This document shows positions 1 through 8,098 of a DNA stretch of 26,739 nucleotides, piece after piece. Below the pieces are notes generated by a model. That model was not told the origin of the DNA. It did not search any database and worked only from the letters and a program-made list of their open reading frames with translations. Within the stretch, counting starts at the first letter, position 1. Every line of letters begins with the position of its first letter. Made by a program: the position numbers and the translations under genes. Source of the DNA: a virus (taxonomy: Duplodnaviria > Caudoviricetes). The stretch lies in the IMG/VR virus record IMGVR_UViG_3300025886_000131, positions 1 through 26,739 of that record. One strand, written 5' to 3'.

Positions 1-92
1 TACTTTGCAAAGCCTATATCTGATCTTGATACAAATTTGTTTACAACACGTTCAACAACTGGATCTCTAAACTCTATTTCTTGTTTACTCAT
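1..92 (-). CDS. Partial CDS (N-terminus), possible all-alpha NTP pyrophosphohydrolase-like phage protein
   Basis: ATG at 92-90 overlaps the stop of the upstream gene; reads MSKQEIEFRDPVVERVVNKFVSRSDIGFAK and runs off the window edge. Confidence 0.5.
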   Translation of the reverse strand, partial: MSKQEIEFRDPVVERVVNKFVSRSDIGFAK

Positions 93-880
93 TATAGTGT
101 TTGTTTTAAACCGGTTTTTACAAATGTTCCATTTAGCATTGTACCTGTACGATTAGCTATTTCATCATAAGCTGCATCAATACAGTTTTCAATTTGCATG
201 CCCTCTAACACAGCTAGATTAGTTAATACAACAACAATATCGCCAATAGCATCTTTAATTTCGTAAGCATCTTTAGTTAATAAAGCAGCAGCTAATTCGC
301 CAGCCTCTTCCATAAGCTTAACGTACTGCGTATGTGAATTGCCTGTGTCGTATATACCTCTTTCTAGAGCCCACTGTCTTATAAGATCAAATCTCTCGCA
401 GTCTTTAGATTTTGTAACGCAGTTTTCAGTAGTAACGTTAATACTCTCTAATAAGGCTTTGTTATATACATAGCATCTGTTATCATTAAACATAGAGGTT
501 CTAGCGTTAGCCATTATCCAAGGTATATTCTCGTTTGTGATTGTAAATTTTCCGTGAGATGTTTCCCAGCTTAAGTCTAAATTGTCCATTAGTTGACCTT
601 TTAATTTGTTAAGTGGAACTGGAAATGTACTTGTTTGCTCTGTTGCGTTAATGTTCATTTTCTTGTTTTTAGTGATTAAATTCTTATAAGATTGTCTGTC
701 TACTTTATAGCCATAAGACTTTTGAAGTTCTATCTCCTTCTGTGATATTTTGCTAATATCATCAGTTGAAAATAGAACCTCATATTCTCCAGGTTTATAA
801 CCTTGCTGTTTTGTAACCCTACTGTTAAGATTACGTGTGACTCCGATTTTTTTACCGGGAATGTGATAGATTGTATACAT
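92..880 (-). CDS. MazG-like nucleotide pyrophosphohydrolase with N-terminal GIY-YIG-like region
   Basis: C-terminal KLMEEAGELAAA...IKDAIGDIVVVL is a MazG-type EExxE...DxxxD pattern; N-terminal YTIYHIPGKKIGVTRNLNSR resembles a GIY-YIG start. Confidence 0.75.
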   Translation of the reverse strand: MYTIYHIPGKKIGVTRNLNSRVTKQQGYKPGEYEVLFSTDDISKISQKEIELQKSYGYKVDRQSYKNLITKNKKMNINATEQTSTFPVPLNKLKGQLMDNLDLSWETSHGKFTITNENIPWIMANARTSMFNDNRCYVYNKALLESINVTTENCVTKSKDCERFDLIRQWALERGIYDTGNSHTQYVKLMEEAGELAAALLTKDAYEIKDAIGDIVVVLTNLAVLEGMQIENCIDAAYDEIANRTGTMLNGTFVKTGLKQTL

Positions 881-881
881 A

Positions 882-977
882 TTATTCTGGTTTTGTTAAA
901 ATAGCTTCAGATGGTATATTGATAACCCTGTCTCCAAAGGTTTCTGTCATCATTTTGTCAAATTCTTCTTTAGTCAT
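882..977 (-). CDS. Small hypothetical protein (31 aa)
   Basis: MTKEEFDKMMTETFGDRVINIPSEAILTKPE fills the gap between thyA and the MazG-like gene. Confidence 0.45.
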   Translation of the reverse strand: MTKEEFDKMMTETFGDRVINIPSEAILTKPE

Positions 978-985
978 ATTTTTAT

Positions 986-1819
986 TTATTTACCAACACT
1001 TAGCTCTGCTTTAATTGCAGCATAAGGATTGTAGTTATTTAATTTAATGGTGCTTTTGTTTGGTATAGATATTTCTGATTTATTATAAAAATCAATCATA
1101 CTTATGCCTGCTTTTAATTCTAATCTAGGCATTGCTCTTCTAGGTCGATCTCTATACTCTTTAGCTTGATCTAAATGATTATTATACAAGTGACAATCTC
1201 CAAGTTGCCCAATCAATTGCCCTGCTTTTAAGCCAGCTCCTTGAGCTAACATTTCTAATAGTAGACCGTACATTGTAATATCGTAAGGTAAACCTAAGAA
1301 AACATCAGCAGATCGTTGTTGCCACATCAAATCCATAACTCCATTATTAATATAAACTTGAAAAGCATAATGGCAAGGAGGCAACGCCATATCGCTTAGC
1401 TCGTGTGGAGCCCATGCGCTAACTATCATACGCCTTGAATCAGGATTGTGGTTAATGCTATACACAAGATTTTTAAGCTGATCTACGCCGTTAAAATCGC
1501 GCCATTGTTTTCCGTATACAGGGCCTAATGTTTCATCAGTTCTGCCTGAGCGTTCATAATCTGGTCGCCAGTATTTAACACCGTTATCTTCAAGATATTT
1601 TAAATCAGTTCTACCATTTAATATCCAAAGCAATTCAGTGCGTGCTGCATTGAAGCTAATTCGCTTTCCTGTGAGGATTGGAAATCCATCCGACATATCA
1701 TGGCGTATAGTTCTTCCGAAGACAGACTTTGTCCCTGTCCCTGTTCTATCCGATTTAGATAATCCTCTGTTGAGTATTTCTGAAATAAGTCCTTTGTATT
1801 CATTTTCTATGTTTGTCAT
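986..1819 (-). CDS. thyA: Thymidylate synthase
   Basis: DRTGTGT, LGPVYGKQWR, PDSRRMIVSAW, MALPPCH (catalytic Cys), QRSADVFLGLPY, GDCHLY. Start moved to MTNIENEY (1819) from the 1951 ATG of the ORF track. Confidence 0.95.
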   Translation of the reverse strand: MTNIENEYKGLISEILNRGLSKSDRTGTGTKSVFGRTIRHDMSDGFPILTGKRISFNAARTELLWILNGRTDLKYLEDNGVKYWRPDYERSGRTDETLGPVYGKQWRDFNGVDQLKNLVYSINHNPDSRRMIVSAWAPHELSDMALPPCHYAFQVYINNGVMDLMWQQRSADVFLGLPYDITMYGLLLEMLAQGAGLKAGQLIGQLGDCHLYNNHLDQAKEYRDRPRRAMPRLELKAGISMIDFYNKSEISIPNKSTIKLNNYNPYAAIKAELSVGK

Positions 1820-2048
1820 AATAGTATTTGTAATATTCAAATATTTTTGCCCATATCTCTGTCTTACCATAAGTATCAGGACTAGTATTTGTTTTACCCT
1901 TGTTTTTAATAACAACGTACCAAGCTGTATCGTTTTTAGCTGATGGTGCAATTGCTATATCGTTTCTGATACACCAGCGTTGAGCTTCCCAAAGGATTTC
2001 TTTGAATGGGCTTTTACCCATATCGCATTTTTTCTTTGCTACTCCCAT
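1800..2048 (-). CDS. Hypothetical protein
   Basis: ORF between primase-helicase and thyA; likely start MGVAKKK overlapping the primase stop. Confidence 0.6.
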   Translation of the reverse strand: MGVAKKKCDMGKSPFKEILWEAQRWCIRNDIAIAPSAKNDTAWYVVIKNKGKTNTSPDTYGKTEIWAKIFEYYKYYYDKHRK

Positions 2049-3745
2049 GGCATTGGTGTTCCGTCTAAAGCAATTGGCTGATGAGGTATAAAGCAACCTG
2101 ATTTAGGTTCCCATTTGAAATGAGCTTCAGCTCCATTCTCTCCTAAGTTTTGGAATTTAACTTTGAGAACTTTCGCTTTAACAGTTTTCGCTTCATAATC
2201 CCTGTGTACCAATATACCGTGATAACTAGCATCATACCACTCACCGCCACCTTTAATATTGTACATAGTCGGTTCTTCAATTTTACCATCTTTATCTTTA
2301 TACATTTTAGTTGGATGAGCTACTATGAAAACTAATACATCATACTTTTTAGCAAAGATTTCAATCTTAGCAAGATATTCCATGGTGTACCTGTTAACAT
2401 CATCGGACCCTCCGACGTCTCTAACTTTATTAAATGGATCAATAACCAAACATTTAATACCTTTACGCTTAACTAACTCAGCTGCTTTCTTTAATACAGA
2501 ATCTAATGTGTAGCGCTCCATATCAATGTGATAGTAATTGCTGTTGCAATGATCTGCTACTTGATTCCAACGCTCGCCTCCAATATCTTCTTTAGTCGGC
2601 ATACCTTGCCAAGTCTTACGCATTAGTTTATGAGCATGTAGATAAGTTGGTTGATTTTCCGGCGACGCAAACGCTGTTTTCCATCCGTAGTTATTATTAT
2701 ATCCGACAACCATTTGATCGACGAAATCACTCTTACCGGAACTAGGAATACCAGTAACAGTAATGAATTGACCAGTATATGTTGAAAAGATATCATCGAA
2801 ATTTTGCAACCCGATTTGAAATCCAGGTTTAAAGCCATTACGCACAAAGTCTGTAACCTCATCTTCGATATCTCTGAACGTTGTAACATTTTCGAGTGGG
2901 ACTGGCTTTGATTTTGAAATACGCTCTGATAACCTTTCTTTTCCATACTTTAGTAAATATTCATTAGCGTCTTTACAATCTTCAAATGTAGTTATGTAAC
3001 AAACTTCAGATCCTAATCTACGGATTAACTCTGCTTGTAATGCTTGCCCTGCTTCATCTGAATCACATGCTAGTATAATCTTATCTTTGTCTTCAAAGTA
3101 ATCAATACAGCTGTCTAAATAATCTAAATTGTTAGTATTAAGTGTTGCTCCGTTTGGAACTGATACTGCGTTTGTTATACCAGCTTCGTGTAGTGCAAGC
3201 ACATCCATTTCGCCTTCAACAATAACACAATACTCAAAACCTACAATGCTGTCAATATTATAAAATACTTTTTCAGCACCTTTGTATAATTTAAAATTCT
3301 TTCTTCCATCACGGTATTTAACATTAGTTAATTCACCGCCCATAAAATAATTGAACTTTATTACATTCTCGGTCTTTTGTGTTTGTGGCATCCACTCAGG
3401 ACCCTCAGTAACTTTTAAGTCGATGAGAGTCTGATGTGAAATACCTCTTGTTTTAAACCACTCTTCAACTTTCATTCCAGGTTCGTTGTGTATAGCAACT
3501 TGCTCAGGTTTGATGTATACTTTTTCAGCTTTACCCTTACGCTGATAAGTATGTAATTGAAATGATTTATCACAATTGTGACAAGTACCGAGACCCCGTT
3601 CCCAATCATAAGAAGCACACTTTGCTTTCTGATTTTTAGGTTTTCTATCAGCAGAACAAAGAGGGCATATACCCTGCTTATTGCCTTCTTCAAGCTTATG
3701 CACATTGAAATCTTCAATTGCAAATCCATTGATCTCTGTATTCAT
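2039..3745 (-). CDS. DNA primase-helicase (T7 gp4/Twinkle-like)
   Basis: Zn finger CPLC...CHNC, TOPRIM IVEGEMD and DSDEAG, Walker A GIPSSGKS, Walker B LVIDP, VAHPTK. Confidence 0.93.
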   Translation of the reverse strand: MNTEINGFAIEDFNVHKLEEGNKQGICPLCSADRKPKNQKAKCASYDWERGLGTCHNCDKSFQLHTYQRKGKAEKVYIKPEQVAIHNEPGMKVEEWFKTRGISHQTLIDLKVTEGPEWMPQTQKTENVIKFNYFMGGELTNVKYRDGRKNFKLYKGAEKVFYNIDSIVGFEYCVIVEGEMDVLALHEAGITNAVSVPNGATLNTNNLDYLDSCIDYFEDKDKIILACDSDEAGQALQAELIRRLGSEVCYITTFEDCKDANEYLLKYGKERLSERISKSKPVPLENVTTFRDIEDEVTDFVRNGFKPGFQIGLQNFDDIFSTYTGQFITVTGIPSSGKSDFVDQMVVGYNNNYGWKTAFASPENQPTYLHAHKLMRKTWQGMPTKEDIGGERWNQVADHCNSNYYHIDMERYTLDSVLKKAAELVKRKGIKCLVIDPFNKVRDVGGSDDVNRYTMEYLAKIEIFAKKYDVLVFIVAHPTKMYKDKDGKIEEPTMYNIKGGGEWYDASYHGILVHRDYEAKTVKAKVLKVKFQNLGENGAEAHFKWEPKSGCFIPHQPIALDGTPMPWE

Positions 3746-3765
3746 TTAATTAAATTGAATTGTTA

Positions 3766-3855
3766 TTACTCTTCATCTAAGCACTCTGGACATATGTCGC
3801 AATAATCAAAGTCACACTTAGTCATAACTTCTTTGCACATTTCACATTGATCCAC
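3766..3855 (-). CDS. Small Cys-rich peptide (29 aa), possible Zn-binding
   Basis: GTG start overlaps the upstream stop (TAGTG); MDQCEMCKEVMTKCDFDYCDICPECLDEE. Confidence 0.55.
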   Translation of the reverse strand: MDQCEMCKEVMTKCDFDYCDICPECLDEE

Positions 3856-4163
3856 TAAAATGGTAAATCATCTGGTGGTCCGACTTGTGCTGCTGGCTGC
3901 TGAGGTTGATCAGTTCTAGGTGCTGCTGCTACATTTACATCGTTTGTCCACACAACTTTAACATTACCAAGGTATGTTTTAGGAGCTTTACCTTCTCGCT
4001 CTTCTTTTGTTTGATCAACAATGACTGGACCTTGATTTCCAAATTGATCTACTTCATCATTGATAGTAATTGTAATAGGTAAATACTTACCCTTCTTGCC
4101 GATGATAATCTTATCTTTCGGAATTTCATTCAAGTTGATACTTGCTTTAATAATACTTGCCAT
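3855..4163 (-). CDS. Putative single-stranded DNA-binding protein
   Basis: Small beta-rich protein with a Q/P linker and acidic DDLPF C-terminal tip; located in the replication module. Confidence 0.65.
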   Translation of the reverse strand: MASIIKASINLNEIPKDKIIIGKKGKYLPITITINDEVDQFGNQGPVIVDQTKEEREGKAPKTYLGNVKVVWTNDVNVAAAPRTDQPQQPAAQVGPPDDLPF

Positions 4164-4184
4164 AATTTTATTGTTTTAATTTAT

Positions 4185-4220
4185 TATATTATCTATTGTT
4201 ATTCGTGTTAGTTTTGTAAA
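4185..4220 (-). promoter_or_regulatory. Class I promoter-like motif
   Basis: TTTACAAAA-N5-ACGA-N9-GATAATATA on the minus strand, upstream of the SSB-like gene. Confidence 0.7.
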
Positions 4221-4222
4221 CA

Positions 4223-4963
4223 TTATAATGTCTGCTGAACTAGGTATTGAGCTGGGTCAAAGTCTTTATCTTTATAGAATAATCTATACTGATCTATCGC
4301 TTGCTCCACTTTATCTTTACCTCTTTCTAAAAACTGAGGAGAACAATCGAATATACCTATATTACCAGTTAATTTATCCGCTGTTATGAATATCATATCC
4401 ATATCAAAGTACGTTGAATAAATGTAGGCCTGGCTGTCATAGTTATACTCTTTTGCACTATAAGCGAATTTATCTAAATTAGATGTTGTTTTAAGATCAA
4501 CCACTAATTGTTGTGTGTTATTCTTAATATCGCCTTTCAGTTTCCACCATTCACCACCTAGTTCTAATACTCCTGGCACTTCGTATTCAACATCAATATC
4601 TTGTATTAATTCTTGACATACTTTGTTAGCCATTAGCTTATCCCTTAAGACGGATAATGCATCCGCTTCTTTCTGTAATAAACACATTTTACCTTCTGAT
4701 AACTCTTTATATATTTTAGAGTTTCTAGTAGATGCATCTATTATTTTGTATTGTTCCAGTTTGTCTGGTTCAAGTACTAATGTATGAAAATAACCACCTT
4801 TTACTAAATTTGGATTACCTTCAATAGGTTTTTTGAAACTAAGTGGATCTCGCATTAAAGACCTTATATCTGAATTGCTTAAGTACTGTTTTCCAAAATC
4901 TCCATAATAATCGTCGTCATTCTCTAATCTTTTTAAAATTTCTAGCTTTTCTGTTTCTGTCAT
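4223..4963 (-). CDS. PD-(D/E)XK exonuclease (RecE/ExoVIII-like)
   Basis: LSNSDIR, GGYFHTLVLEP, KGDIK...VVDLKTTS, YDSQAYIY; adjacent to the ERF gene. Confidence 0.8.
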   Translation of the reverse strand: MTETEKLEILKRLENDDDYYGDFGKQYLSNSDIRSLMRDPLSFKKPIEGNPNLVKGGYFHTLVLEPDKLEQYKIIDASTRNSKIYKELSEGKMCLLQKEADALSVLRDKLMANKVCQELIQDIDVEYEVPGVLELGGEWWKLKGDIKNNTQQLVVDLKTTSNLDKFAYSAKEYNYDSQAYIYSTYFDMDMIFITADKLTGNIGIFDCSPQFLERGKDKVEQAIDQYRLFYKDKDFDPAQYLVQQTL

Positions 4964-5472
4964 AAAGTTTTTAGTATTTCAGCAGGTATTTCATACTTCC
5001 CTTTAATAGCTTCTAGACTTCCCCCTGCTTTTAGGAAAGCTTTAGCTTTTGTTAATGCTTGACCTTCTAATTTAGGCTTCACAGATTCTTTCTTACCGTG
5101 ATCTGCGTCTTGAGTGTCATCAATTAAGAATAGATTCCCTAACGCATATTTTTTACCATAACTAGAAGCACTACCGAATTTCTGCGGCATTTGCATACCC
5201 TTCTGAAGTAGATCTACTCCAACAACAGCTGTTGCATGTATAGCATCTACGCCGTCAGTAATAGTAGCTTTAGATTCTAGTATAGGAAAATCAGTGTTAG
5301 ATATTAATTCTTCGCTGATCGTTACCGATACGCCTAGTCTTAATAAAAAAGGTTTTGTTGCTTCAAGGATGTCTTCGGCGGACCTGAAGTTGTACTTGCC
5401 GAAAGAGTTAAATCTACTTTTTTTCGATTTGAACTCGGTTTGGATTGTTGCTAATTTTTCGTTTAATTTCAT
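4960..5472 (-). CDS. ERF-family single-strand annealing protein
   Basis: KSRFNSFGKYNFRSAEDILEA and GSASSYGKKYALGNLF motifs. Confidence 0.85.
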   Translation of the reverse strand: MKLNEKLATIQTEFKSKKSRFNSFGKYNFRSAEDILEATKPFLLRLGVSVTISEELISNTDFPILESKATITDGVDAIHATAVVGVDLLQKGMQMPQKFGSASSYGKKYALGNLFLIDDTQDADHGKKESVKPKLEGQALTKAKAFLKAGGSLEAIKGKYEIPAEILKTL

Positions 5473-5494
5473 TCGTTCTTAGTTTAGTAGCTTA

Positions 5495-5526
5495 TATATA
5501 ATTACATACACTTGCTGTTTATTTAC
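5495..5526 (-). promoter_or_regulatory. Class II promoter-like motif
   Basis: GTAA-N17-GTAATTATATA between the sigma gene and the ERF gene. Confidence 0.5.
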
Positions 5527-5544
5527 ATCTATTTTTCACCTAAT

Positions 5545-6303
5545 TTAAAGATAATCAAGCACTTGCGTTGGGTCTACAGAGTCAATTAGTTTTTCTATAG
5601 CCTGCTTTTTAAGCTCTGAAACTCTCACATATCCGCTTGGTCCTTTAAAGTTTAACTCTTCAGCTATAGCTTTACCTGGCATTTTATCGCAGTCTAAACC
5701 GTAGCTTAAACGCAATACCTCATACTGAATATCTGTTAGATATTTTTTACATAAGCCAGTCAAGTAAGTATTCATCAACGCTATATTGTAAGGCTCTGAC
5801 GTGTCAGGTATATTCTCAGACCATTTCTCAGCAGTATCAGAATCTATATCTATACTTTTGAATACGGAATTAAAGAAGATAGCTACTAACGCTTTGTCCT
5901 TGCCAAAATCTTTTTGGATCTCGTTTAGCTTGTATTCAGGGATTCTCATATCGCCTCTATTAATGTTTATAGCGCGTCTAATTGTTCCTTTAATACGTTT
6001 AGCTAAGAATGATTTAATTGTCTTCTCAGGGTCGTCAGATTCAATCACTCTGTTAATATCTAGCTTATCAACCGCTTTAATTAAACCTATAGATCCTTCT
6101 TGTATTAAGTCATTAATACTTAGCACTCCGGATGCTTGATCAGAAGTTGAAAACTTTCTTGCTATATTTTCTACTAAAGGTAAAAACTTAACTATAAGTT
6201 CATCTCTAGTATACTCATCCCAAAACTTACCTTCTAAATTATATATAGATTTTTTTACGTCTTCTTTGTATCTTATATAGTTTTGTATATTATACTTCTT
6301 CAT
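5545..6303 (-). CDS. Phage-encoded RNA polymerase sigma-70-family factor
   Basis: Region 2 LPLVENIARKF...DLIQEGSIGLIKAVDK; region 4 EVLRLSYGL...AIAEEL...RVSELKKQAIEKL. Confidence 0.88.
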   Translation of the reverse strand: MKKYNIQNYIRYKEDVKKSIYNLEGKFWDEYTRDELIVKFLPLVENIARKFSTSDQASGVLSINDLIQEGSIGLIKAVDKLDINRVIESDDPEKTIKSFLAKRIKGTIRRAININRGDMRIPEYKLNEIQKDFGKDKALVAIFFNSVFKSIDIDSDTAEKWSENIPDTSEPYNIALMNTYLTGLCKKYLTDIQYEVLRLSYGLDCDKMPGKAIAEELNFKGPSGYVRVSELKKQAIEKLIDSVDPTQVLDYL

Positions 6304-6484
6304 ACTCGTCTATTATTTTAAAGGCTTTCGCCATTCTATTGTCATCAGCATAGTATATATTGCCGATCTTTGCCATCCACTCGTTAAATTCCTGTGTCAT
6401 AGTTGGTGGTATTGTATCATTATTGTCTTGCCAAGTGTCGGCATAACAATCAAAGTTATTTTCAAATATTTGTCCTATATCCAT
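6290..6484 (-). CDS. Hypothetical protein
   Basis: 64 aa ORF overlapping the sigma start, same strand. Confidence 0.5.
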   Translation of the reverse strand: MDIGQIFENNFDCYADTWQDNNDTIPPTMTQEFNEWMAKIGNIYYADDNRMAKAFKIIDEYEEV

Positions 6485-6606
6485 AATTCTATTTATTTTA
6501 ATCCGTTAAAAAACTAATCTTACCCAAACCGTTGCACAGATCTACTATCTATTTATTTAATACACAAGCTTTTTTTACTTTATTTCATCACCAACATTAA
6601 AACGTT

Positions 6607-6657
6607 GGTCAACAGTTGATAAGAAGCATTACACGCTTTCTTATCTTGGTGTTAGCC
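6607..6657 (+). repeat. attC-like site 1
   Basis: GGTCAAC agtt GATAAGAAGC..GCTTTCTTATC ttggt GTTAGCC; one extra unpaired base in the stem. Confidence 0.65.
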
Positions 6658-6867
6658 ACAATTAATTAATTCTATTAATCTATCTGCAAGCCATTCTTGG
6701 TCTTCGTGGTCTTCTATGTATTTAAGGTCAACTTCTTTTAATTCTGTAATTAACAGTTCACGTTGTTGGCTAACATCAAATAAAACCAATAACTCATCTA
6801 CTGCTTCTTTAGGTTCTAAATGTCCACTTTCAACTTTACCTACTATTTGTTCAAATTTATCTTTCAT
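6652..6867 (-). CDS. Cassette-associated hypothetical protein
   Basis: Starts in the loop of site 2, crosses GTTAGCC (LFDVSQQR) and stops on the TAA of GGCTAAC. Confidence 0.6.
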   Translation of the reverse strand: MKDKFEQIVGKVESGHLEPKEAVDELLVLFDVSQQRELLITELKEVDLKYIEDHEDQEWLADRLIELINCG

Positions 6868-6900
6868 ATCGTTACTTGTTTTATCTGTATTACGTTAGGC
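6768..6900 (+). repeat. attC-like site 2
   Basis: GGCTAAC atc AAATAAAACCAATAAC..GTTACTTGTTTTATCT gtattac GTTAGGC (13/16 complementary). Confidence 0.65.
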
Positions 6901-7056
6901 AACATATACTTCTGTGTATGTTATTGCAATAAACGGTATTAAGTAAATCTTACTTTTAAATTTGCACTCTCCTTTTACACCTACATTACTTTTAACATAT
7001 CCAAAGCCTACGTTAAAAATTGGACTAAATGTTATTTGTTTGTCTACTAATTTCAT
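6895..7056 (-). CDS. Cassette hypothetical protein (53 aa)
   Basis: MKLVDKQITFSPIFNVGFGY...TEVYVA, bounded by GTTAGGCAAC/GTTGCCTAAC; stop lies inside GCCTAAC. Confidence 0.6.
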   Translation of the reverse strand: MKLVDKQITFSPIFNVGFGYVKSNVGVKGECKFKSKIYLIPFIAITYTEVYVA

Positions 7057-7065
7057 AATTACGTT

Positions 7066-7160
7066 GCCTAACAATGGCTAAAGTTAATAGCCTCGCAAGG
7101 TCTTGTTATAATTTGATGGTTAATATTAAAGGCTACTAACCTTAGCCTCGTCCGATAAAA
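7066..7160 (+). repeat. attC-like site 3 (degenerate core)
   Basis: GCCTAAC aat GGCTAAAGTTAATAGCC..GGCTACTAACCTTAGCC tcgtcc GATAAAA (15/17 complementary). Confidence 0.6.
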
Positions 7161-7210
7161 AACATTAAAACGATTTTTTATACTATACGTTGTAAAACAT
7201 TAAAACGATT

Positions 7211-7461
7211 TTACAACAAAGTATATAAATAATGCTACATTCCGTAACTATCATCCATCATCTTTTCAACCGCTTCCATTCCTTTAATAATTTTCTTAAA
7301 TGGTTCATCTAATAATTTTGGGTCTAAATGAAATATATGACCGTATTCCTCTATCTTGTAATAGAAGTCAATTATTTCACTCATTTCCGCTTTCTTTATT
7401 TCTCTTATATCTGACATATCGTTTTATTTAATCCGCACTATTCATATACTAAGCGTTATAT
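7211..7461 (+). repeat. attC-like site 4 with an ORF in its loop
   Basis: TTACAAC aaa GTATATAAATAATGC..GCACTATTCATATAC taagc GTTATAT (13/15 complementary). Confidence 0.65.
7235..7417 (-). CDS. Hypothetical protein (60 aa) inside the loop of attC-like site 4
   Basis: ORF track; lies between the two arms. Confidence 0.6.
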   Translation of the reverse strand: MSDIREIKKAEMSEIIDFYYKIEEYGHIFHLDPKLLDEPFKKIIKGMEAVEKMMDDSYGM

Positions 7462-7671
7462 GCAATTAAGCAAATCCGTTTCTATTTGGTTTATTTCGTC
7501 AAGGGTTCTGTTCAATGGTAAGTACTTTCTATGTGGTTCGTTATTAAGGTTGTCAATTTCAAACCACTTCCATTCATAAATCGCATCTTTAGGGTCTTTA
7601 TAGTTAGGTGGTACAAATTCATTTTGCTCATCCTTAACACCCCAAAGTCCGTTCTTTTTAAATAATTTCAT
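7456..7671 (-). CDS. Cassette hypothetical protein (71 aa)
   Basis: Likely start MKLFKKNGLWGVKDE; bounded by GTTATATGC/GCATATAAC; stop lies in the TAAC box. Confidence 0.6.
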   Translation of the reverse strand: MKLFKKNGLWGVKDEQNEFVPPNYKDPKDAIYEWKWFEIDNLNNEPHRKYLPLNRTLDEINQIETDLLNCI

Positions 7672-7690
7672 TTCAAAATTGCTTAAAAGC

Positions 7691-7785
7691 ATATAACACC
7701 GTATATAGTTTATATGCCTAGTTAATATTCGTTTTAATTCAAAGTGTAGTTTAATGGCACACAAACCATATACAACACGTTGTAA
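7691..7785 (+). repeat. attC-like site 5
   Basis: ATATAAC acc GTATATAGTTTATATGCC..GGCACACAAACCATATAC aacac GTTGTAA (15/18 complementary). Confidence 0.7.
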
Positions 7786-7789
7786 ACAA

Positions 7790-8038
7790 TTACATACCGT
7801 TGTATATTTGGTGCATTTTTACTGCTTCATTTCCATAACCATTAATTGCTAACTTATTTGCCAACTTAAATACTTCGGTATGCAACTGCTCGCTATCGCT
7901 TTCACAACTATGCGTATAATTAATAGCTTCTAATAGCTCTTTTGCAATGTCAGTTATGTCTTCTTGTCTAAAAAAAGAACAGTTATTCTCATTAAATCCG
8001 TGTTCTTCAAATATATTTATTATTTTTTGTAGTTCCAT
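7790..8038 (-). CDS. Cassette-associated hypothetical protein
   Basis: Starts in the loop of site 6 and crosses the arm and GTT box (AINYTHSC). Confidence 0.6.
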   Translation of the reverse strand: MELQKIINIFEEHGFNENNCSFFRQEDITDIAKELLEAINYTHSCESDSEQLHTEVFKLANKLAINGYGNEAVKMHQIYNGM

Positions 8039-8094
8039 TTTTGTTAATTTTAATTATTATTCAACGCTACTAATCATACACTTTCAAGTTGTAA
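7902..8094 (+). repeat. attC-like site 6
   Basis: TCACAAC tat GCGTATAATTAATAGC..GCTACTAATCATACAC tttcaa GTTGTAA (13/16 complementary). Confidence 0.65.
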
Positions 8095-8098
8095 GTAA

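Noticed and set aside
1820-1951. 44 aa N-terminal extension of ThyA in the ORF track
   Set aside because: It overlaps the upstream gene in another frame, and ThyA similarity starts near MTNIENEY.
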